64,000 nucleotides of DNA from an uncultured bacterium (GTDB taxonomy: Bacteria; Oederibacteriota; Oederibacteriia; Oederibacteriales; Oederibacteriaceae), in contig OZ218778.1 of NCBI GenBank assembly GCA_965112635.1, positions 1,216,001 through 1,280,000 of the forward strand, written 5' to 3'. The first letter of the stretch is position 1, and every line of letters starts with the position of its first letter. Both the position numbers and the translations under genes were made by a program. Of the stretch, positions 29,204 through 38,910 are shown one piece after another. The notes under the pieces are model-generated. The model was not told the DNA's origin. It ran no database searches and saw only the letters and a list, made by a program, of their open reading frames with translations.

Positions 29204-29617
29204 ATGAGGATCTTGGGGCTGGACGTGGGGGAGAGGACGATCGGCGTGGCCGTTTCGGACGGCCTGGGGCTGACCGCGCAAGGGGTCACCACCCTTTACC
29301 GCAAAAGCCTGGAGCATGACCTCAAAGCCCTGCAAAAGATCATGGAGGAATACGAGGTCCAAAGGATCGTGGTGGGCCTGCCCATCAGCCTGGACGGGAC
29401 CCTCAAGGTCCAGGCGGAAAAGGTGGCGGTTTTTATGGAGGCGCTCAAAGGCCGGTTCAGCCAGGAGGTCGTGGCCTGGGACGAGCGCCTGAGCACCGCC
29501 GGGGTGGAGCGGTCGCTCAGGGAAACAGGGGCCAGCCGCAAAAGCCGCAAACGGTTGGTCAACGAGCTGGCGGCCCAGTGGATCCTGCAGGGCTATATGG
29601 ACAAGGAGAGATCGTGA
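29204..29617 (+). CDS. ruvX: YqgF/RuvX pre-16S rRNA nuclease
   Basis: ATG after AGGAGG; MRILGLDVGERTIGVAVSD, VVGLP, WDERLST, AAQWILQ. Confidence 0.93.
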   Translation: MRILGLDVGERTIGVAVSDGLGLTAQGVTTLYRKSLEHDLKALQKIMEEYEVQRIVVGLPISLDGTLKVQAEKVAVFMEALKGRFSQEVVAWDERLSTAGVERSLRETGASRKSRKRLVNELAAQWILQGYMDKERS

Positions 29618-30663
29618 GCGTGGAACAATCCCCAAAACCGGAAGCCGTGCTTTTTATACGGGGCAAAAGGCCAAAGAGGCCCGGAAAAGCCGGCAAGGTC
29701 ATCCTGCTTTTGGGGGCGCTGCTGGCCGCCTGGATGGTCTGGGTCTTGGCCGTGCCCTGCCGTTTCAGCGGCGGGGAAAAAGTCCTGGATGTACCGCTGC
29801 ACAACGGCGCGGGCCGGATCTCGCGCTTCCTGGAAAAAGAGGGCGTGATCCGGAGCGGCCTTTGGTTCAGGCTCCTCTGCGTCGCCACCCACACGGAGAA
29901 CAAGCTCAGGGCCGGGGAATACGCTTTTCCCCAGTCCGGCAACCTTTGGCAGGTATGGTCCAAGATCCGCAACGGCCAGGTCAAGGTACACCTGGTGACC
30001 ATCCCCGAAGGTTTCACCAGCAGGCAGATCGCGGAAGCCCTGGAGGCGGAACATCTGACGACCCAGGCCGATTTCCTGGCCGTGGTGCAGGACGCGGGGT
30101 TCTGCGAGGCCAATAAGGTCCCGGCCAAGACCGCCGAGGGATTTTTATTCCCGGACACCTACGAGTTCATCAAAGGGATGAAGCCGGCCGAGATATGCCA
30201 GGAGATGATCCAGCACTTCTATAAAATGGTCAGCGAGCAGGAGATCGGTCGGGCGGAAGACATGGGGTTCGGCCTTAGGCAATGGGTGACCCTGGCTTCC
30301 ATCGTGGAAAAAGAGGCTGAGGCCAAGGAAGAGCGGGCCATCATCGCGGCGGTGTTTTTGAACCGGCTCAAAAAGGATATCCGCCTGGAATCCTGCGCCA
30401 CCGTGAACTATGTGCTGGGCACGACCAAGCCCAAACTCACCTGGAAGGACCTAGGCACGCCCTCGCCTTACAACACGTACCGGCACCGGGGCCTGCCGCC
30501 AGGGCCGATCTGCAATCCCGGCAAACCGGCCCTTTTGTCGGTGCTGAGCCCGGCCAAGGTGGACTATTTGTTCTTTGTTTCCAAGGGCGACGGCACGCAC
30601 CAGTTTTCCAAGACCATAGAAGAGCACATCAAAGCCAAAAACAAATACAAGCAAAAATATTAG
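29614..30663 (+). CDS. mltG: Endolytic murein transglycosylase
   Basis: VTIPEG, EGFLFPDTY, LASIVEKE, SPYNTY, GLPPGPICNPG, YLFFV; start probably GTG 29614. Confidence 0.93.
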   Translation: MSVEQSPKPEAVLFIRGKRPKRPGKAGKVILLLGALLAAWMVWVLAVPCRFSGGEKVLDVPLHNGAGRISRFLEKEGVIRSGLWFRLLCVATHTENKLRAGEYAFPQSGNLWQVWSKIRNGQVKVHLVTIPEGFTSRQIAEALEAEHLTTQADFLAVVQDAGFCEANKVPAKTAEGFLFPDTYEFIKGMKPAEICQEMIQHFYKMVSEQEIGRAEDMGFGLRQWVTLASIVEKEAEAKEERAIIAAVFLNRLKKDIRLESCATVNYVLGTTKPKLTWKDLGTPSPYNTYRHRGLPPGPICNPGKPALLSVLSPAKVDYLFFVSKGDGTHQFSKTIEEHIKAKNKYKQKY

Positions 30664-30752
30664 AGTTTCCGCGGGAGCCCCGGTTGTTGGTGTCCCGGGC
30701 TGGTTGTGTTAAACTAACGGCTATTGTGAATAAGAGGAAAAGGGAATAGTGC

Positions 30753-33203
30753 ATGTTTATTAACTGGAACAAAATACCTCTTTGGTCTTCCGCGGCAGCG
30801 GCATTGCTGTTGTGCTGCTGTTTTTGTTTTAATAACGTTTCTTTTGCTCAGGAACACCCCAAGGTTATCGTCAAGATCCCTGATTCCATCGTCTCCACGG
30901 ACGATACCAATATGGGCATCGGCGCGCAGGCTTCGCGGGCCTTGCTCAAGGCTTTTAATGAAAAGTATCCCTGGATCGAAATGAAACCGGTCAGCATCCT
31001 ATCGATCCAGGATGTTTCCACCGAGGCCGGCCAGCTCATGGCCATTGCCGGCGGCACTTCGCCGGACATCATCTACGTCAATTTCCGGCAGTCCGACAGT
31101 TTCATCCAGCAGGGTTTCCTTTATCCCCTGGATGAGTTCATCGACAAGATGTCCAAGCAAGAGCTGGACCGTTGCGTCCTGCCGCCGGTCCGGCCGGTCC
31201 TGGACCGAGTGGGGCCGGACCATAAAAAGCATTGGTGGGCCTTCCCTTCTCTAACCTGTTGCGAGGTCTTATATTACCGAAAGGACCTGTTCCATGAAGC
31301 CGGACTGGACCCGGAAAAGCCTCCCCAGACCTGGGCGGAGATGCTGGAGGACTGCCGAAAGATCACGAACCCTGAAAAGGGGACCTACGGCCTGGGAATG
31401 TACGGCGGTCTGGCCGCTTCCTGGTCTTTTTATCCTTTTTTGTTGTCCACGGGTTCCCGCGTGTTGCAAGAGGACCAGCAGGGTAACTGGAAAGCCATCT
31501 ACAACACCCCAGCGGCGGCGGAAGCCGTTCATTTTTACGCTGAGTTGATGCAGGGCGACTTTGTCAGAAACGGGAAGACCATCCACGGGGCCGCGATGCG
31601 GGACGTGAATTTCGGCACTCCCTGGAGCCAGGGCAAGATCGGGATGGTGCTGAATTATGTGACCGACCAGATGATGTCCAGTGCGGACCCCCAGCTCGTG
31701 GGCATCGCCGCGGTCCCCAAGGGGCCTACCGGCGTGAGAGGCAACGAGATCAATGCCGCCTCCCTGGGTATTTTCGCCGGCACCCAGGATCCCCAGGTCA
31801 GGGATGCGGCCTGGAAATTCATCGAATTTTATTGCGGTCCGGAAGGCAAAAGAATCACGGACCGGGTCTATGTGGAGAACGGTTACGGAGCCTATTTAAA
31901 TCCCTCCGAATTAAGAGCCTTCGGATACAAGGAGTATTTAACCAGGGTCCCCAAGGGATGGGAAAAAATTTACAAAGAGTCTGTCTTGAGCGGCGTTCCC
32001 GAGCCCTACGGCAAGAACTGCAACCAGGTTTACTGGTATTTGACCGAGCCCCTGGACCAGGCCTTGGTGGAAAACCTGGGCAACCAGGAGCCGGGCGCAG
32101 CCAAAAAAAGGATCCTGGAGCTGTTAAATGTCGCGGTGGCCAAAACCAATGAGAAAATGATCGGCATCATCGCGCCGGAAAAAGAAAGATTCAGGAGGCA
32201 GGTCGCTTTTGTGGTTGCCGCGGTCATTGTCCTGACCTTTTGCCTGGCTTTCTGGTATCTGATGAAAATTTTCACCCCGGAAGGCGTGAAATCCAGCTGG
32301 GGATTCAAAAAATACTGGGCCGCCTATCTTTTATTGGTGCCGGGCGTTCTGGGCATGGCTGTCTGGAACTACCTGCCCACGTTGCGGGGAGCCCTGATCG
32401 CTTTTATGAACTACCGGATCATGGGAGGCAGCGCCTTCGTTGGGCTCGATAATTTTGCCAACGTCCTGTTTGACCCGGTTTTCTGGGACACCCTGGGGCA
32501 CAGCCTTTATTACGCCTTTATCAGCCTGGTGCTCGGTTTTTGCGCTCCCATCATCCTGGGGCTAATGCTCCATGAAATCCCCAGAGGTAAAGTGTTTTTC
32601 AGGATCATTTTCTATTTACCGGCCGTAGTCAGCACGATCGTGGTCGTTTTCCTGTGGAAAAGTTTTTATGACCCTTCGCCGTACGGCCTGTTGAATCAGC
32701 TATTGAGGATCTTTTCCTTTGGTCTTATCTCTAACCAGGGCTGGCTCACGGACCCCAAGTGGGCCATGCTGAGCGTCGTCATCCCCATCGTGTGGGCCGG
32801 TATGGGGGCCGGCTCGCTCTTATACCTGGCGGCTTTAAAGACCGTGCCCGAGGAGCTCTACGAGGCGGCCGAGGTCGACGGCGCCAATGTCTGGCAAAAA
32901 ATGTGGAGCGTCACCTTTCCGACCATCAAACCCCTGATCATCATCAGTTTCGTGGGCGCGTTCATCGGGGCCTTCCGGGCCAGCGATTTTATTCTGGCCA
33001 TGACCGGCGGCGGACCGGCCGGGGCCACCAAGGTATTAGACCTGCAGATCTATTATAGTGCTTTTATGTACCTGCAGTTCGGTCCGGCCACGGCCATGGC
33101 CTGGATCCTCGGATTCCTTTTGATCGGATTCACGGTCTATCAAATGCGGCGGCTGAGCAATATGCAGTTCAGGTCCGCCGGTGACGAAGGGAAAGGCAAA
33201 TAA
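30753..33203 (+). CDS. Fused extracellular solute-binding protein + carbohydrate ABC permease
   Basis: Signal peptide; SBP family-1 motifs (AGGTSPDI, LYYRKDLF..AG..PPQTW); C-terminal TM domain with FVGLDNF and EAA loop ELYEAAEVDGA. Confidence 0.87.
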   Translation: MFINWNKIPLWSSAAAALLLCCCFCFNNVSFAQEHPKVIVKIPDSIVSTDDTNMGIGAQASRALLKAFNEKYPWIEMKPVSILSIQDVSTEAGQLMAIAGGTSPDIIYVNFRQSDSFIQQGFLYPLDEFIDKMSKQELDRCVLPPVRPVLDRVGPDHKKHWWAFPSLTCCEVLYYRKDLFHEAGLDPEKPPQTWAEMLEDCRKITNPEKGTYGLGMYGGLAASWSFYPFLLSTGSRVLQEDQQGNWKAIYNTPAAAEAVHFYAELMQGDFVRNGKTIHGAAMRDVNFGTPWSQGKIGMVLNYVTDQMMSSADPQLVGIAAVPKGPTGVRGNEINAASLGIFAGTQDPQVRDAAWKFIEFYCGPEGKRITDRVYVENGYGAYLNPSELRAFGYKEYLTRVPKGWEKIYKESVLSGVPEPYGKNCNQVYWYLTEPLDQALVENLGNQEPGAAKKRILELLNVAVAKTNEKMIGIIAPEKERFRRQVAFVVAAVIVLTFCLAFWYLMKIFTPEGVKSSWGFKKYWAAYLLLVPGVLGMAVWNYLPTLRGALIAFMNYRIMGGSAFVGLDNFANVLFDPVFWDTLGHSLYYAFISLVLGFCAPIILGLMLHEIPRGKVFFRIIFYLPAVVSTIVVVFLWKSFYDPSPYGLLNQLLRIFSFGLISNQGWLTDPKWAMLSVVIPIVWAGMGAGSLLYLAALKTVPEELYEAAEVDGANVWQKMWSVTFPTIKPLIIISFVGAFIGAFRASDFILAMTGGGPAGATKVLDLQIYYSAFMYLQFGPATAMAWILGFLLIGFTVYQMRRLSNMQFRSAGDEGKGK

Positions 33204-33205
33204 CC

Positions 33206-35083
33206 ATGAGCCTGTTGAATACCACCCGACATCTGGACAGGGAAACCAAGATCTACCTGTTGATCATTTATATCTTCCTTGTCCTGGGGGGGATCACCAT
33301 GGTCTATCCTTTCCTCATCATGATATCGGGCTCTTTTAAGAGCGACGTGGACGTATACCAGTTCGACGCTGTCCCCGCCTACTTTTTCAGCGATACGGTG
33401 CTTTTTACCAAATATCTGGAGGCGAAATATAACGAGGGGATCGCTACTTACAATATGTGTAACCGGGAAAATGAATACGCCTTCAAGCAGATCCAGCCTC
33501 CTGCCAAGATCCACGAGAAAAAGATCGCAGATTGGCAGGAGTTCCTGGCCACGGCTCGGCTGCCTTTGGATTACAGCTCCCTGGGATTTTCCTCCTCCCT
33601 GAACAACCGCATGCTCCCAGAAATGGGAAGGAAATACAGGGATTGGATGGAGAAAAAATACGACGGTTCCATAGAGCTTTACGATAAAAAATACGGGGAC
33701 CGCGCTGTTTCCTGGCTCTCCCTTCATTACCCCATCGCGGCTCCTCCAGGGTCGTCTTTGTACCAAGCCGCCAAGGAGTTCCAGGCCCAACAGCCCTTAG
33801 GCGACTATTTTCTGCCATCCTTGGACGGATTTTATATCCAGGGATTCCTTCAATATAAATACGGGACGAAAATAGAAAATTACAACAAGGCCCACAGCAC
33901 CCATTACCAAAGCTACGATGAAATTTATCTGCCCCGCACAGCCCCCGCCAAGGGAAAAGTACAGACAGAGTGGCTGGAGTTCGTCAAGGAGTTGGGTTCC
34001 ACGGCGATCTTTGGTAATTCGACCCAGTTCCTTAGAGTTAGCCAGGAGGCCAAACCGGAATTCTCCCGTTATCTCAGCGCCAGGTATGAAGGGAAGCTAG
34101 CCCTTTTGAACAAGTCCTACGCCAGCCATTACCAAAAGTTCAGCGCAGTTCCTTTCCCCCAGGATGTCCTGGCTCCCAGCAACCAGCTGGTGGACTGGAA
34201 ACTATTTATCAACAGCGTATCCCCGAAATACCTCAGCCTGACGGGCCCGGATTTCCTGTGGCGGAACTTTTTAAAGCGCAAGTACGGGGACCGGCTGAGC
34301 CGGCTCAACCAGGCCCACGGGGAGACCTATGCCTCATTTGGAAAGATACCCCTGCCGACCCAGGAAGCGGATTACCAGGATATGCTTGGCCGTTCCCGGG
34401 CGCTGCGCTGGGAATTCATGACCCGTAATTACCGGTACGTTTTCGACTACCTTCTCTTCCACGGCAGGGCCGTATGGAACACCTTTGTCTTTTGCATCCT
34501 GGCCATTGTGATCGTCCTGATCGTGAACCCGCTGGCGGCCTATGCCATGAGCAGGTTCAGCCTGCCTTCCACCTACAAGATCCTCCTGTTCTTGCTGGCT
34601 CCCATGGCTTTCCCGGCCATGGTCACCCTGATCCCTAATTTTCTCCTGCTCAAAGAGCTCAATCTGCTCAACACTTTTTGGGCCCTGGTCCTGCCCGGGA
34701 TGACGAATGGCTTTTCTATTTTCCTGCTCAAAGGGTATTTTGACAGCTTGCCCCGGGAGATCTATGAGGCGGCGCAGATCGACGGAGCCGGGGAGTGGGT
34801 CATGTTCTGGAACCTGACCATGAACCTCTCCAAGCCCATCCTCGGCGTCATCGCCCTGAGCGTGTTCACGGGTGCTTACGGGGCCTTTATGTTCGCTTTT
34901 ACCGTTTGCCAGGACCAGAGCATGTGGACCATCAGTGTCTGGCTTTATCAGATGCAGCAATACAACGTGCACCAATCCGTCATATTTGCCGCCCTGCTGG
35001 TGGCTTCCATGCCTACTTTTGTGGTCTTTATACTGTGCCAGCGCATCATTATCCGGGGTATCGTCATTCCCATAGAAAAATGA
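33206..35083 (+). CDS. Carbohydrate ABC permease with large extracytoplasmic insertion
   Basis: N-terminal TM (YPFLIMISGSFK), about 350-aa soluble insert, C-terminal AAYAMSRF and EIYEAAQIDGA. Confidence 0.85.
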   Translation: MSLLNTTRHLDRETKIYLLIIYIFLVLGGITMVYPFLIMISGSFKSDVDVYQFDAVPAYFFSDTVLFTKYLEAKYNEGIATYNMCNRENEYAFKQIQPPAKIHEKKIADWQEFLATARLPLDYSSLGFSSSLNNRMLPEMGRKYRDWMEKKYDGSIELYDKKYGDRAVSWLSLHYPIAAPPGSSLYQAAKEFQAQQPLGDYFLPSLDGFYIQGFLQYKYGTKIENYNKAHSTHYQSYDEIYLPRTAPAKGKVQTEWLEFVKELGSTAIFGNSTQFLRVSQEAKPEFSRYLSARYEGKLALLNKSYASHYQKFSAVPFPQDVLAPSNQLVDWKLFINSVSPKYLSLTGPDFLWRNFLKRKYGDRLSRLNQAHGETYASFGKIPLPTQEADYQDMLGRSRALRWEFMTRNYRYVFDYLLFHGRAVWNTFVFCILAIVIVLIVNPLAAYAMSRFSLPSTYKILLFLLAPMAFPAMVTLIPNFLLLKELNLLNTFWALVLPGMTNGFSIFLLKGYFDSLPREIYEAAQIDGAGEWVMFWNLTMNLSKPILGVIALSVFTGAYGAFMFAFTVCQDQSMWTISVWLYQMQQYNVHQSVIFAALLVASMPTFVVFILCQRIIIRGIVIPIEK

Positions 35084-35118
35084 CCTTATCGAATGAAAAA
35101 TATTAGGAGGCTAATCTT

Positions 35119-35772
35119 ATGAAATTATTCATCGATTCAGCGAACCTCAAAGAGATCAAAGAAATCAGCGACTGGGGCATCCTGGACGGGGTCACGACCA
35201 ACCCCTCCCTGGTGGCCAAGGAAGGCAAGAGTTACCACGAAGTGGTCCGGGAGATCTGCTCCCTCGTGGACGGGCCGATCAGCGCCGAGGTCATCAGCAC
35301 GGACCATCACGGCATGCTCAAAGAGGCCGAGATCCTCACCGGCATCCACCCCAACGTGACCGTCAAGGTGCCCTGCATTCCGGAGGGGCTCAAGGCGGCC
35401 AAGGTCCTGTCCAGCCTGGGCGTCAAGACCAACGTGACCCTGGTCTTTTCTCCCAGCCAGGCCCTGCTGGCGGCCAAGGCCGGGGCCACTTTTGTGAGCG
35501 TGTTCGTGGGCAGGATGGACGACATCAGCGAGGAGAGCCGGGAGGTCATCCGCGATTGCGTCACGATCTTCAAAAATTACGATTTTAAATCCGATCTTTT
35601 GGTGGCGAGCATCCGCCATCCCCTGCATATCGTGGAGGCGGCCCTGTGCGGAGCGCAGGCGGCGACCGCCCCTTTTAAAGTATTGGAGCAGCTCATCAAA
35701 CATCCCCTGACCGACGCGGGCCTCCAGAAGTTCCTAGAAGACGCCAAGAAGATCCCGAAAACGGGGAAATGA
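35119..35772 (+). CDS. tal: Transaldolase / fructose-6-phosphate aldolase (short type 3B)
   Basis: [39 protein letters not shown]. Confidence 0.9.
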   Translation: MKLFIDSANLKEIKEISDWGILDGVTTNPSLVAKEGKSYHEVVREICSLVDGPISAEVISTDHHGMLKEAEILTGIHPNVTVKVPCIPEGLKAAKVLSSLGVKTNVTLVFSPSQALLAAKAGATFVSVFVGRMDDISEESREVIRDCVTIFKNYDFKSDLLVASIRHPLHIVEAALCGAQAATAPFKVLEQLIKHPLTDAGLQKFLEDAKKIPKTGK

Positions 35773-37163
35773 ACGTGGCAGAAAAATATCAGATCGCGGT
35801 CCTGGGAGCCGGGCCGGGCGGTTACGTGGCGGCCCTGAGAGCCGGCCAGATGGGGGCGAAGGTCGCCCTCATTGAAAAACTAGAAGTGGGCGGCACCTGC
35901 CTGCAGCGGGGCTGCGTCCCCTCCAAAGTCCTCCTGGCCACCGCCACCCTGTTCCACCAGATCAAGAACCAGGCCCGCTCTTTCGGGGTCACGGTCGCAG
36001 AACCCCAGCTCAATATCGCGGATATGATGAGACGCAAGAACAAGGTCGTCCGGCAGCGTACCCTGGGCCTCCAAGCGCTCCTCCAGGACCGGAAGGTTGA
36101 TGTGATCTACGGCCAGGGGATCTTGGCCTCGGCCCACCGGATAGAGGTCCAAAAGAACGACGGGGGACAGGCCAGCGTGGAAGCCGACAAGGTCATCGTT
36201 GCCTCGGGGTCCGAGCCGAGCCAGCCCTCTTTTTTTCCTTTTAACGGCAAGACCGTCATCACGAGCAACGAAGCCCTGGAGCTAAAAGAGATCCCGGCCT
36301 CCTGTATCATCGTGGGAGCCGGGGCCATCGGCTGCGAATTCACCACCCTGCTCGCCTGCATGGGCTGCCGCGTCACCCTGGTGGAAAAACTCCCCCAGGT
36401 CATGCCCCAGACCGACCCGGAGAACGCCGCCTTTTTGGAAAAACACCTGAACAAGCTGGGCGTGCAGGTCAGGACCGGCGTTTCCGTGGACAAGATCGAG
36501 GCCCCGGAGAACGGCCCGGTCAAGGCCTGGCTGTCCGGGGCGGAGGCCGTGGAGGCCAGCCTGATGCTGGTGGCCATCGGCCGAAGCCTGAACATCAAAG
36601 GCATCGGCCTGGAAAAGGCCGGGGTCGAGGTGATCGAGGGAAGGGTCAGGGTCAACTCAAAACTGGAAACCAATGTTACCGGCGTGTATGCGGTGGGGGA
36701 TATCACAGGGCAGATACTCCTGGCACACAGCGCCTCGGCCCAAGGGCATGCCGCGGCGGAGAACGCTTTGGGAGGGAAAAGCGAGTTCCACCAGGACCTG
36801 GTGCCCCTTTGCGCCTATACCTGGCCGGAGATCGCTTCCGTGGGCCTGACCGAAAAAGAAGCGCAGCAAAAGGGTTTGACCTTTAAGATCGGCAGGTTCC
36901 CGTTCTTCGCGTCCAGCAAGGCCCAGGCCGAAGGGGATGCCCAGGGACAGGTCAAGATCATCGCCGAGAGCAAGACAGACAAACTGCTGGGGTTCCATCT
37001 GGTGGGGCCGCACGCCACAGAGCTCGTCCACGAGGGAGCTCTAGCGCTCAAGGCCGGATTAAAAGCCGGGGATGTGGCGGACATGATCCACGCCCACCCG
37101 ACCCTGTCCGAAGCTATAGGTGAAGCGGCCAGCGCCCTGCTGGGCAAGCCGTTGCATATCTAA
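35769..37163 (+). CDS. lpdA: Dihydrolipoamide dehydrogenase
   Basis: [20 protein letters not shown] redox disulfide, [14 protein letters not shown]. Confidence 0.93.
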   Translation: MNVAEKYQIAVLGAGPGGYVAALRAGQMGAKVALIEKLEVGGTCLQRGCVPSKVLLATATLFHQIKNQARSFGVTVAEPQLNIADMMRRKNKVVRQRTLGLQALLQDRKVDVIYGQGILASAHRIEVQKNDGGQASVEADKVIVASGSEPSQPSFFPFNGKTVITSNEALELKEIPASCIIVGAGAIGCEFTTLLACMGCRVTLVEKLPQVMPQTDPENAAFLEKHLNKLGVQVRTGVSVDKIEAPENGPVKAWLSGAEAVEASLMLVAIGRSLNIKGIGLEKAGVEVIEGRVRVNSKLETNVTGVYAVGDITGQILLAHSASAQGHAAAENALGGKSEFHQDLVPLCAYTWPEIASVGLTEKEAQQKGLTFKIGRFPFFASSKAQAEGDAQGQVKIIAESKTDKLLGFHLVGPHATELVHEGALALKAGLKAGDVADMIHAHPTLSEAIGEAASALLGKPLHI

Positions 37164-37180
37164 AAGGAGGCTGATTTTCC

Positions 37181-38113
37181 ATGAGCGTTTGCGGGTATCT
37201 TTACCCAGGGCAGGGGTCCCAAAAGGTCGGGATGGGCAAGGAGTTTTACAGCCAGGTCATTTCCATACGGCCGTTGTTCGAAACGGCTGAAAAAGCGACC
37301 GGCCTCAAGCTTCTCAGGCTCTGCTTCTACGGGCCCGCGGAGGACCTCAACAACCCCTTGGTTTCCGAGCTCTGCGTATTCCTCATCGATGTGATCACTG
37401 CCGAAGTTTTGAAACACAAAAGGCTACGGCCCCAGGCCCAGTTCGGGGCGGGAGCCGGGCTTTACGCGGCCCTGGTCGTGGCCGAAGTCCTGACCCTCAC
37501 GGAGGCCGTGGGCCTGCTCAAGCAGCGGGTGGAGCTGATCCAGGAAGAGGCCAAAAAATATGACAGCGTGATGATCCAGATCGTCGGCCTCACCGATTCC
37601 GAACTGGAACACCTGCTCATGGAGGTCCAGCTGGAGGGAAGGCTGGAAATAGCCTTTAAAATGGCGGATAAATACTTCACCCTGGCCGGAGAACGCAACG
37701 CCCTCAAAAAGTTCATCGGTTTGGCCAAAGCCTACCCGGAATGCAAGGCGCAGGGGCTGGTCCAGGGAGCGGCCTACCACAGTTCCTTGCTGGACCAGGC
37801 CACGGATAAGATGAGATCCCTGGTGCAGTCCGTGAGATTCCAGCCCATCAAGATATCCACCATCAACCCCGGCAAAGGCGAGTATTTTAACAGCGTGGAC
37901 GAGGTTAAAAAGGCCCTGTGCGAGGAATTCACCCACGCGGTCGATTTTGAAAAGGGCATCAACCGGTTAAAGCAGGACGGATGCTTCACCATGGTGGAGA
38001 CCGGGCCTGGGCAGATGCTGGGACAACTGGTCAGGAGGATAGACCGGGGCATCCGCATCCTCAACTGCGAGGACGCCAAGAGCCTGGCCCTGACCCTCAA
38101 GCTGGCGGAGTAA
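37181..38113 (+). CDS. FabD-like ACP S-malonyltransferase homolog lacking the catalytic Ser
   Basis: YPGQGSQKVGMG, AYHS, ETGPG retained; GHSxG replaced by GAGAG. Confidence 0.75.
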   Translation: MSVCGYLYPGQGSQKVGMGKEFYSQVISIRPLFETAEKATGLKLLRLCFYGPAEDLNNPLVSELCVFLIDVITAEVLKHKRLRPQAQFGAGAGLYAALVVAEVLTLTEAVGLLKQRVELIQEEAKKYDSVMIQIVGLTDSELEHLLMEVQLEGRLEIAFKMADKYFTLAGERNALKKFIGLAKAYPECKAQGLVQGAAYHSSLLDQATDKMRSLVQSVRFQPIKISTINPGKGEYFNSVDEVKKALCEEFTHAVDFEKGINRLKQDGCFTMVETGPGQMLGQLVRRIDRGIRILNCEDAKSLALTLKLAE

Positions 38114-38142
38114 ACTTCCCCGCCCTAAAGGCCGGGGTTTTC
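38110..38142. repeat. Isolated IS200/IS605-end-like palindrome
   Basis: GTAAACTTCCCCGCCCTAAAGGCCGGGGTTTTC, imperfect CCCCG/CGGGG hairpin. Confidence 0.45.
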
Positions 38143-38196
38143 TCGGCAGTAGTCATAGCCTTACCGGACCGCTAGTCCAATCATTCCCTGGACACG

Positions 38197-38237
38197 AAAA
38201 AAGGAGTTCCCCGACGAGTGCGGGGAACTCCTTTTTT
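38197..38237. terminator. Bidirectional Rho-independent terminator
   Basis: AAAAAAGGAGTTCCCCG-acgagtg-CGGGGAACTCCTTTTTT between convergent genes. Confidence 0.9.
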
Positions 38238-38255
38238 GTTTATTGGATCGCTTGG

Positions 38256-38783
38256 TTATTTCTTAAGGTCGTGTTTCAAGTCTTTGATATCGTGCCGGCG
38301 GTTCTTCCTGTCGCTTTTGAGATCTTTCCAGTCCTGGTGGCGGTCCTTGAGGTCTTTCCTGAGGTCCTTGAGGTCCTGCTTGCGGTCCTTTAGGTTTTTG
38401 GCCAGGTCTTTGAGGTCCATCTTACGGTCGGACAGGTCTTTTTTCAGGCCAGCCAGAGCCGCGTCCAGAGCCTGGGTGTTGCCGCTTTTGCGGGCGTCCC
38501 TGATGGCGTCCATATCTTTGCGCAAGGCCGCGTCGTCCTGACGGACATCCTTGGCGTCCTTGGCGATATCCTTATGGTCCGCCTTGACACCCTTCGCGTC
38601 GGAATGGATGTCCTTTGTTTCTTGACCGATATCCTTTTTATCCTGGTGGATATCCTTGGTGTCCTGCTTGATGTCTTTGACGTCGCTGTTGACGTCTTGA
38701 CCCCAGGATTGCGGAGCCGCCCATATAACCAGGCCCGCGACCAGCGTTAAACCGACCAATTTCTGTGACATTTTCATAGCCAT
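38256..38783 (-). CDS. Secreted highly charged heptad-repeat protein
   Basis: RBS AGGAGG; signal peptide; repeated D-x-K-D-(I/L/R)-x-x units. Confidence 0.8.
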   Translation of the reverse strand: MAMKMSQKLVGLTLVAGLVIWAAPQSWGQDVNSDVKDIKQDTKDIHQDKKDIGQETKDIHSDAKGVKADHKDIAKDAKDVRQDDAALRKDMDAIRDARKSGNTQALDAALAGLKKDLSDRKMDLKDLAKNLKDRKQDLKDLRKDLKDRHQDWKDLKSDRKNRRHDIKDLKHDLKK

Positions 38784-38910
38784 TTCCTCCTTTTAAAATT
38801 ATTGAAGGCTACTCCTAAGATTTTAGGAAAATACCTTTTGGGGCCTTCTGTCAAAATAAACAAACCATGGCTCAAAAAAATTTCATCCCCATGGGGAAAT
38901 GAGCCTTAGT

